A stretch of DNA of 34,429 nucleotides from Asterionella formosa (taxonomy: Eukaryota), in contig NKIB01000223.1 in NCBI GenBank assembly GCA_002256025.1, positions 1-34,429 on the forward strand. Reading direction: 5' to 3'. The position numbers were made by a program, and so were the translations under genes. The notes beneath the pieces were generated by a model. The model saw only the letters and a program-made list of their open reading frames with translations, ran no database searches and had not been told where the DNA came from. Positions 1-9,200 of this stretch are shown here, in pieces; position 1 is the first letter of the stretch; each line of letters opens with the position of its first letter.

Positions 1-591
1 CAAAAGTGCAATGAAACCATTCCTGCTCTGATCGAACTGTAAAGTAATCGACTTGATCTGTTTTAGAAGCCAAAAACAATCGTTGTTGGCAGTCTTGTCC
101 TTGTAGTCATCGTGCGTTTTGACCTTTACCTTCATGTCATCACTACACTGGCCCCAAATCACTGTTGCTAGGTTGCTCTTCAGGGTATGATTGCGCTTGA
201 CATACGCTTTTACTTCTTCTGCGAAAATCATTTTCATGGTCAGTCCTGCATCGTCATCTAGGTCATCTGGCATGTCTACCACGGGAACCGCCATGGTGTT
301 GGCAAACAAAGGGGCAAGGTCTTAAGAGTACTTCAGTGTTTTCCTCACATATCCGTCTAGAACTTCTAACGTTTTGGCGTACTGGCGTCTGTCACTTTGT
401 TCTTCATAGCATTCAAATACATTTCCGTTCATGCCCTCTGTGCTGCCCTTAAAAATGCCACGGTTGTTGCTTGTCGCTTGTGTCCTTGCCCGGCCGCCAC
501 GGCTCCCGCGCGGACGGTTGACCCTTCGCCCGGTGCTGCCGCGTCCACTCGCTAAGCTGCCGCTTGTCGTTGCGTCTGGGGTGGCGCTCAT
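1..591 (-). pseudogene. Gag N-terminus of a diatom Copia-type (CoDi-like) LTR retrotransposon; in-frame TAA at 322-324; runs off the left edge
   Basis: ORF 322..591 (RG-rich start, FKGSTEGMNGNVFEC...QYAKTLEVL) continues in the same frame past the TAA as DLAPLFANTM...LATVIWGQCSDDMKVKVK...NDCFWLLKQIKSITLQFD, which resembles diatom Copia gag. It lies directly downstream of a TG...CA LTR. No pol is in the window, so the Copia call rests on gag/LTR resemblance. Confidence 0.8.
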
Positions 592-735
592 GGGGTTCGT
601 TGGTTCCTTGATTGGTGGCTGCGGCCTTCAGCTGTGCTACTCGAATCTATAAAGTGTTCAAAACTTCGATTGAAATGTCGAAACTCCAGCCTTCCATGTG
701 AATGGCTGTTCCTTTTGTTTTATTTTATTTTATTT

Positions 736-749
736 TTATCTCGAAACAA
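736..749 (-). promoter_or_regulatory. Primer-binding-site position of the element, non-tRNA type (TTGTTTCGAGATAA), complementary to the element's own LTR
   Basis: Directly follows the LTR terminal CAACA and lacks the TGG expected for pairing with a tRNA CCA end. Its reverse complement occurs in the LTR at 882-896 (1 mismatch) and in the second LTR copy at 1365-1379 (perfect). Confidence 0.65.
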
Positions 750-1104
750 TGTTGTAACAACAACCATATTCGACCGTATCGTAGGCCTTGAACCTAGTAG
801 TACTGTGTTAATCGAATACAGTTGATGAAATTGATAGCAACGAGGAAGTTGTCAAACTTAAACTTTCACTTTACTAACTGGATTGTTTTGAGATAATGGT
901 CTCGAAACACTCTTATTACTCACATTGCATTTTAACATTTTTTCCTGACCTCTGATTGCTTTTCCTTGCGTTGTGCCTTTTACCACGTCAGCCCAGGTAA
1001 ATCTTGGTAGCAGCTGTACGGTTTTAACTGTAGTACTGTTCTCTCTCGTGTCTACTATACCCTTCACGCCTGTCCTGTGGCAGTCAGCTCGCATTTTTCC
1101 AACA
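750..1104 (-). mobile_element. 5' LTR (355 bp) of the Copia-like element
   Basis: TGTTG...CAACA inverted termini (tgttgtaac at 750, ttccaaca ending 1104). Upstream of gag. Its 3' part is duplicated at 1233-1508. Confidence 0.85.
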
Positions 1105-1233
1105 GTACCGGCACACGCACAGGATTTCAGGATCAATGATGCTGTACCGTATTATTATTAGTCGACTTATGCTGACCACGGCGTTGCTTGTTCGCTCCCT
1201 TAGATATCAGATACAGTTCCCGGCAATTCAATG
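1105..1233 (+). repeat. Duplicated copy of the CBP20 upstream/5'UTR segment (1661-1790), ending exactly at the copied ATG
   Basis: gtaccggcacacgcacagg...ggcaattcaatg occurs at both 1105-1233 and 1661-1790. There are 2 mismatches in the first ~89 bp and more divergence in the last ~40 bp. Confidence 0.9.
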
Positions 1234-1508
1234 TTAAAACCGTACAGCCGCTACCAAGATTTACCTGGGCTGACGTGGTAAAAGGCAAAACGCAAGGAAA
1301 AGCAATCAGAGGTCAGGAAAAAATGTTAAAACGTAATGTGAGTAATAAGAGTGTTTCGAGACCATTATCTCGAAACAATCCAGTTAGTAAAGTGAAAGTT
1401 TAAGTTTGACAACTTCCTCGTTGCTATCAATTTCATCAACTGTGTTCGATTAACACAGTACTAGGTTCAAGGCCTACGATACGGTCGAATACGGTAGTTG
1501 TTACAACA
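1233..1508 (+). mobile_element. 5'-truncated LTR copy in inverted orientation relative to 750-1028
   Basis: Near-identical reverse complement of 750-1028 (scattered substitutions, one 3-bp indel), ending ...gttacaaca at 1508. Explains the twin ORFs 858..1136(-) and 1188..1403(+). Confidence 0.9.
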
Positions 1509-1787
1509 AACAGTGTTGTCATTCTAATTTCTGTTGAATCTCACAGCCAGAAATTTGACACCCATCAAAATAGTGCTGTTATATTAATATTCGGCGTAAT
1601 AAATATACTCTTTATATTATGTATTATAATATATCATATGATATATACCCAAACGAGGTGGTACCGGCACACGCACAGGATTTCAGGATCAATGATGCTG
1701 CACCGTATTACTATTAGTCGACTTATGCTGACCACGGCGTTGCTTGTTCCCTTCCTTTTGACATCATATCTAGTTCAAGGCAATTCA

Positions 1788-2420
1788 ATGGAGGTTCAAA
1801 GCATGCTGCCTCCACCCATGATGGCTGCTGACTTGCTCTTTGCCAACGCTGAAGAGAAGAAGCTCTATTGGGATCGATCTCATTACGACTCACCAGAGGC
1901 ACAAATCAGAGCTCTCGCGAAATCAAAAACGCTGTACATTGGCAATTTGGCCTTTTCCACTAGATCTTCTCACATAATGGCGCATTTTGGTTTGGTCGGG
2001 CCCGTCAAGAAGGTGCAAATGGGCCTGGATCGCTTTCGCAAAACGCCCTGCGGATTTTGCTTCGTCGAGTATGTCTACCGAACCGATGCCCTCTTCGCAG
2101 TGGCCAACCTATCTGGGACGAAGTTGGACGGTAGGATTATTCGGGTGGAGCTGGATGCCGGATTTCAACCCGGCCGTCAATATGGACGTGGCCAATCGGG
2201 AGGGCAAGTGCGAGATGATCGGCGTCAGACAGTGGATCCGGCGAGGTCTGGCAAGTTGAAGTGGGTACCACCTCAAATAAAGACCGGGGAGTTTTCGCAT
2301 TATGGACCTGCTGATGCTGGAAATACTAAACGAGAGCGTGAGCATGACGACGATGGTGACACTAATATGGATCAGCCTCTCAAGAGTGGGAGGTACAGGG
2401 AAGGTGAAGGTACTATGTAA
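1788..2420 (+). CDS. NCBP2: Nuclear cap-binding protein subunit 2 (CBP20), RRM protein, 210 aa
   Basis: YWDR...TLYIGNLAF (RNP2), KTPCGFCFVEY (RNP1), LDGRIIRVELDAGF..GRQYGRGQSGGQVRD are CBP20 hallmarks. Start at ATG 1788 (M51 of ORF 1638..2420) is inferred; the upstream extension is not CBP20-like. Confidence 0.95.
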   Translation: MEVQSMLPPPMMAADLLFANAEEKKLYWDRSHYDSPEAQIRALAKSKTLYIGNLAFSTRSSHIMAHFGLVGPVKKVQMGLDRFRKTPCGFCFVEYVYRTDALFAVANLSGTKLDGRIIRVELDAGFQPGRQYGRGQSGGQVRDDRRQTVDPARSGKLKWVPPQIKTGEFSHYGPADAGNTKREREHDDDGDTNMDQPLKSGRYREGEGTM

Positions 2421-2954
2421 CCAGGATACTGGTATTTGCATCTAGTGCCTACCGTATTATAGGTATATTCATTTGTGTCATCCTTCCACCTGAATGTGTG
2501 AAGACAAAGTGTGTCACAGAATTAAATGATTACAACTGTAGTCTCAGATAGCAGGGCGGAACAGAAAAAGAAATTCAAAGGTAGGTTTTCGCAGCTGAGA
2601 GTGAGATTGGAAAATCAGTACCCACAATAGTGGTATTGAGAAACAAGTGTACAATGCATAATTCATGAAGAGTGCATGCTTCAGATTTGTCCATTTCATC
2701 TCAAGGTTGATGCTTTCATAGTAGTACGGAGATATGGGCATGAATTTCGACAAGTCTTTGGCTGCTATTGAGGAGTTAAGTGGATTTAAGGCTTTCATAA
2801 AATTATTGTAGAAATGGAATAATCTACTAGTCTTGAGCAATCCGGTAATCAAGTCAGAGAAGAGACTTTCCACAAGCAGGGGGTACAAGTGGAAACAAAA
2901 ACAGTATGTGGGGTAAGGAGGAATTGGGTTGAACCAGAATAATGAAATAAACAT

Positions 2955-4145
2955 TTAGATACCTTGTTGAGCAGGAATCGGAGCATTCCATCCATCACAG
3001 CCAAGTTCCAAAGTGACCTTGATGTAGGGCTCGGTCCTTCTAGCAATTTGAGTAAAGTATAAAGGCATGAGAGCAACCAACAGCATCCAGATGCGATCAG
3101 CTAGATGAAATAAACGAAACCATGTCGCAGATAGAATGGGTTTGGTATGGTCGTGGTTGGAAAGGATAATGACGCAGCTGTAAATCTTGAAAAAAGTGAC
3201 ATATACAATGCAGGCCAAGTAGAAGTAGCTTCCAATAGCTGTTCCTCTTTCTCCAAGGTATGGATATGAGACCCGTGTTGCAAGAATGTAGAAAACATTC
3301 TGGAAAGCGACTAGAATGAGACAGAATTGCATTCCAAAGAATCCGAGACTGTGCCCGACGACACCAGGCGGCATTATGTTATGATAGGGTGGCTCATAAA
3401 CTGGTGGAGGCATGTTTACCTGGTAGACAAAGATCATTCTAAACCAGGCAATAAGAAGAATCTTGATTGGAAGAGTATAAAGGGCAAACCGATGGAACAA
3501 AGGCTTATCATTCATGAAGTAAAGGCGCGTTTGGATGTAGTCAAAGATCACGTAGAAGAGGAAGGAATACTCAAAGAGAGGGTAAAACATGGCTGTGAGT
3601 TCACGGCTGGGAGTATAGTCCCAGAAAGCACAAATCTGCGAGAACGAAATATCATGCAAGGAGAGGTGCGTGAGGAACGTTGCACACCAATGTTAGTTCC
3701 TGACAACGAGGCAATAAACTTACATTGTTAAATCCAAACGTTTTCATCAGATCTGAATTTTTGATTATTTCCGGAGGTATGAATCGCTTGGTAAATAAAA
3801 AGGCTAGAAGGCACATAATCCAGAATGTCACATATGCAATGAGGCGAATAGATTCGGAATGAACAGGAATGACGACAGAATCTGGATGTTGCGGTTGTCG
3901 GACATTAGCAGTTTGTTGGCCTTTGAGGAATCTTCCGAAACAGCCAAGTCCTGCTTCTGGCTCCTGGACTACCGGTACGCCGTCGACGGCGTTCGAAATA
4001 GTATCGTAATTTGAACTAAAAAAGAACAACAATTGTAAGTGCTAATTCCAGCGTTACAATAGATTTCACATTCGTTGTACTTGCTTATATGATAGCTTCC
4101 GAGAAAAACATCAACAACCCAAGTAACAACGCACCTTCTAAACAT
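2955..4145 (-). CDS. Uncharacterised multi-pass membrane protein, spliced: exons 4145-4135 (tentative), 4015-3724, 3635-2955
   Basis: Intron 3723-3636 (GTAAGT...TTCTCGCAG) joins ORF 3652..4032 to ORF 2955..3659 in frame (…TFGFNN|ICAFWDYTPSRE…). About 6 hydrophobic segments. An acceptor at 4016 and a phase-compatible mini-exon MFR-S with a GTGCGT donor at 4134 are tentative. Confidence 0.75.
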
Positions 4146-5013
4146 CTAAACATCAGCCCATCAAAGTATAGAAAGCTTTCTTATCACGCATTACGGGTAC
4201 GTTGAGAAAGCTAGGAGTACCCGGTACTGCACGCACTGACAAGATAGTAAATTTGGTTACGATGTTTTGATTTCCTTCTGGTGTCGTCGACTTTCCAGAG
4301 AACAATTATGACGACCAACGGTACGACCAGCTCGACCGCGTTGGTACCAGTACAGTAGTGAAAACAATTGTCTGTACATGCAGGGTGCACCGCACAAGGG
4401 CCACGATAATTGCAAAGGCTGATGACGGACTGTCGATGCGCGACTTGCTGTGTTCACAATAGCAAGCGCTCTTCCACGACAAGGGTAAAATTTGGCTCGT
4501 TTTCTTGATATACCACACAATTGCCTTCAATGATGCGAAGACGGTTTTGAGCCATCAACTCGACATCACGGCCATGATTATGATCGCGTGAACATTCGAT
4601 TGGATTGCATGACGTACATGGTACCAGGTCCCAGGGGACCTTTCTTGTATCGTGCGTGATCGACTCAAAATTAAAATTGGATGTCCCTTCTTTTGTTGTC
4701 ATTCTTGTGCACATGCAACATTTGCCGCATTCGTATTTGATTGTTTTAGCCTTTTTGTCCTATGTATACGGTGTATTTCTTCGTCACACCCTGAATTTTA
4801 GGTCAAACCGACACCCTAATATATCGTGATTACAAAACGCACACACGCGAATGACGTCTAACGCGGGCGGACCACACCCATCCATACCTAAGACAGAAAT
4901 ACTGATGATATATTGCAGGAGGACAAATATTAGTTTGTCCCTATTACACAGACAATTTGTAACTTACTACTCCGTCACTTCCCATCACTTCAATTCAACC
5001 TCTACCAAACAAT

Positions 5014-5163
5014 AAAATGTTGATGAAATGACTCATGAATATTAACAGGTGATGTATGACAAAAATGTTGATGAAATGATTCATGAATATTAACAGGTAA
5101 TGTGCGTGGTATGACAAAAATGTTGATGTTGATTCACGAATATTTACAGGTGATGTATGACAA
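5014..5163. repeat. Minisatellite, ~3 copies of a ~48-bp unit
   Basis: aaaatgttgatgaaatga(c/t)tcatgaatattaacaggtgatgtatgac is repeated three times with small indels. Confidence 0.85.
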
Positions 5164-6289
5164 TAAAATATTTTTGGTGAACTTATATTGTTCCCTGTTC
5201 TAGCTTTACCATGATGTTCATATCAGCAAGCAAGAAGAGAACAAAGTCTACAAAGTTTTCTTGGGTTGTAAGAATATATGAGAAATAAATCTCCGAGATT
5301 ATGAAATCACCTACCTTCTTCATCTCTTGAATCAGAAAGCTATGAACTGGAATGCTGCCAAAATTTGCGAAGAGATGAAGGATTTTAAAATCGAAATGAC
5401 AGTGATCAACCCCACATTTGGCATTGCTTAATTGGCATCATGAAACAATATTATGTTAGCTAAGAAAACACAAGAAGCTTAGGATTTCACTTTTTTAGGA
5501 TTTGGTCAAAACAGGAGTGGAAAGAGTGGGGAAAAATTCGACTCTTGATATAAAAATTCTTGACCAAGCATGTTTTTTGATAATTTCAACTTCAAGTGGC
5601 TTTGGTATTTGTCAATGCAGTGCAGATGCTCTCATACCATATATTTTACAACACTAGGTTCATCAAATAAACAATACCCTGGAGCAGTAGTAGTATGTAT
5701 ATACATAAAAAAAATATATATATATAATTTCACAGGAATTCTATGAAGCTTTTAGTTATATTTTCTGGTACCTGGTGGTTCGACTACTTCACAGTGTTCT
5801 ACTCTGGACAGAGAAAACCTCAGACGAGCAAGGTATGTATTGGTCAATATTTATGTGCTCACTACAAAGTACAAACCACTGCGAATTTCTAGTCTGTAGA
5901 TTACCATATTTTATCTTTTTTGGGAGAATAAAATAACGTGAGATCATACCGGTTTTCTACCCAAGAGAAAAAATTGGATTAGTAGGGTTGTTGGCAGTAG
6001 TATTTTTCGAAAGATCTACTTAAACCATACATAGAACAAGAACCACCATACCATCACCCACTATTGTTGGTAAAGGCACACATACTGGCTTTTGGCTTGT
6101 ATTTCCATTGTGCATCAAACATTTAAATTAAAAAAGAAATGAAAGAAATTTCAAATACAAACAATTTGTTGAATCTGCCCATATGTTGTGCAATCAATGT
6201 TTTGGTGATGCAGTTCAACTTTGCACTACAGAACAGATTTAATTTCCTACATCCAAACTGTACTTCCAAACGGATTACTATACATTTTG

Positions 6290-9200
6290 CTACTGGTTTT
6301 GGCTTTGTTCATTCATTGACCAGAAAGAGAGTGTCCCTTGCAATGTAGCTGTTTGCTTGAAATCAACTTGCTGTGCCATTCCATCACACACAAGTTTTGG
6401 TAAATTATTGGATTCAACCGGTTTGACATTTTTGCGACACCAAAGCGAAATATGGGCAAATGCATTGGATGGTGGGGGCACTGGGATTCCATCAATTGTT
6501 TCAGAGGCCACATCCACAGCAAGGGCAGCAACTTGATCATTCCACAGCAGCCCAAGCAATTTTAGCTCTACTCCTTTGCCTACTAAGTGATTGTATGAAT
6601 GTTGAATGCTTGACTGTAGCATTTCAGAAAAATGAACCATTGTAACATGGGTCTTAGGGACAAAGTCACTGCTTGAGAATTTCCCCTCAGAAAGGACTTC
6701 AGAGTCACTAAGTGCCACCATTTGGAAAAAGCTTGACAATGCACTGTAATTCATCTTTACCACTTCATGGACCTGTATTGCCAAGATATCTAGTGAAACA
6801 ATCTTTATAAAGATAGCAGGTAATCTGTTCAAACTTTCGCTAAACTCATTTGGCTGAGTATCAAGTTCCTTGGCATGCTCAACCACCTGCTGAATAAAGG
6901 ATGCCTGTGATACATCGAAGTTGGCTGTCAATGAAACAAGTAAGTCACGGTGAATCTCCACAGTCTTTTGGAGCATTGACTCCGTTTCCATTACTAAATC
7001 ATCACTTGAATTGCTGGCATTGTCTTTCATAATGTCATATCCATATTGCAGCTGGATCGCTTCAGTTAATGCTTGTTTCAAGTCCTCAGGTAGGTTGGGT
7101 AACAAACCAACTTTGAAGAAGGGAACCTTAATGGGTATGCTAGTTGATATTGCTCCTGAGCCGTCAATGCGCCTTCGAATGTTATCGACGAACTCATCGG
7201 CTGCAATATTGCGGTAGAATGAAAAGAATTTGACTACAATCATACAAGGTGTTGCCGATGCACTGTCCAAATTTCCGGGGTGCGATGAAGGAGTACGTGC
7301 AAGCACTCTTTCAATGCAAACAGCAAGGTAGAATAGCGAGAATGGGTAGGTGTGATTTTTTAATGAGTTTGTCTCCCCATTGGGATAACGGATACCACTT
7401 ACTGAGGTTGTCGACAATGCTTGCTCATCTGGAATAACTGGAACGCTAATTCCCCTGCAAGTTGCTTCTCCAACAGTTCCCCACGACGATGCAGGAGCAT
7501 TCTTGTCTGCAATGTAAATACTAGCAGAATTCAAAGTTCGCATTTCCTTGATGTGATTCCAATACTTTTTGCCGAAAGAATCCCCCCTGAGCAACACAAC
7601 CTGGCGGTGATCTGAAGTACTGCTGCTGTTATTTAACTCATTTAATTTCGAGATGACATCCACATTGCAGAGAGATGATTTCCCTGAGCCAGGTATACCC
7701 GGAAAGAAAATGAGCATCCCTGGTCGATCGTCAACCTTTGGGACAGACTCGGACACCTCTGTCAACTTTGAAATGACACGTGACAAATCATGAGATGCTT
7801 CAAGATCCACACCTTCGGAAATTTCATCTACATATTTACATCTGAATTTCTTCCAAGCTTTGTACATTCCGTGTAGTAATCGTTTTGTCTCAACAGGCAA
7901 CATAGTAGCATCGATATTTTCTTTATTGCAGCCATATATGATCACACAAATGGAATCTGACTGTTTCTTTGTTCGTGGTTTCATTGATTTAAAGCCATTT
8001 TTCAAGTCACAAGAGCATATCAGCCCTCCTCCCTTGGCCGCCTTCATCATGATCAAGTCGTTATCTGAAAGGTCTTGAATATTATTTACCCTTTTGACCC
8101 CTCCCAATTGCATGGCAATAAAGTCTGCTACTTTCTCGGATGCTTCCACCGTTAATGCCACGACAATCACGAGTGCTCGAAATGTTGATTGGGCATACTT
8201 GGACGGGCATTCACTTTCGAGATCAATCTTTCCATCCTCAAATAATGGGGTGAAGTACTGCAAATGAGAAAGATAGAACTGCTCTGTCAATGGAGGCAGT
8301 TTGGGGTTGAAATAAATCTTGGAAAGTCCTTGTAAACAAGCATTCGCATACGACCCCCAAGCCCAGAAAAAGGGCTGCCACTTGAGTTGTGATGTTTGAG
8401 AAATACCCCATTGATCCATCATTTTCAAAGTATGATGAGTGAAGGCGGCAGGACCCTTATTCGCTATGATCCCTAGTCCATTCCTACAACAAAATGTTCG
8501 CACCATGTATGGGAGGAACTTCATCTTGAGCATCAAACTTGCATCTTGATTGGATTCTGGTGCATCGATATCCATTTCTGTAACATCACCACCAATTATT
8601 GTTTCCTTTTTGCCCAAATCAGTCCCTAGCTCAATGCAGAATCCTCGATATAGCTGCATATCATTGCTCTTCATCTGTTGCTGGTATTTTCGAAATGTTT
8701 GGTCATGAAGAATGTGAATCATGCATAGCCATCGGCTTTCATTCTCCTTAAAGATGCTATAGTCAACTCTAGCATTAATTCTTGTGGCTGTTTCAATCAC
8801 CGTTGCAATCCTTTTAGTCTCCTGATCGACATGTTCACAGACAAGCATTTTTCTCGCCAAGGAGGGCATATCCCATTCTGCTTGTTTCCTCTTTTCTATT
8901 TTTCTTCTCAGTCCGTCAGTTTCCAGAAGAATATTGGCAACAGCATCTCCTAATCGCGATATAAGATTTTCGTACCCTCCATTGTCAATACATTGTTGTT
9001 GTAGCCTTCGAATGTCTGTTCTCAAAAGTGGCGATTCCTGTTTCGTTTCGAAAGTAGCAGGTGTACACGGTGGAACTTTTGTCAGTGCTTGCTGCGATGT
9101 TTTCACCAATCCTGCCCAAAGTCCTGATAAATCTTGAAATGCTGTATCTGATGGCACATACCGAATGACAATGCCTTCTAAGATATCTCCCTGAAATACT

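Noticed and set aside
1188..1403. ORF pair 858..1136(-) / 1188..1403(+) as duplicated host genes
   Set aside because: Both are the LTR-internal frame in the two inverted LTR copies.
1638..1787. 50-aa N-terminal extension of CBP20 with a hydrophobic stretch
   Set aside because: CBP20 is a soluble nuclear protein and the extension is not family-like; more likely promoter/5'UTR that happens to be open.
2544..2954. 136-aa hydrophobic ORF downstream of the membrane gene
   Set aside because: AT-rich 3' intergenic composition, no motif, no splice link needed.
4257..4829. Several short overlapping ORFs upstream of the membrane gene
   Set aside because: No consistent frame or recognisable domain; could hide an exon but is unsupported.
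5014..5163. Repeat array as a CRISPR
   Set aside because: Units are contiguous without unique spacers, the context is eukaryotic and there are no cas genes.
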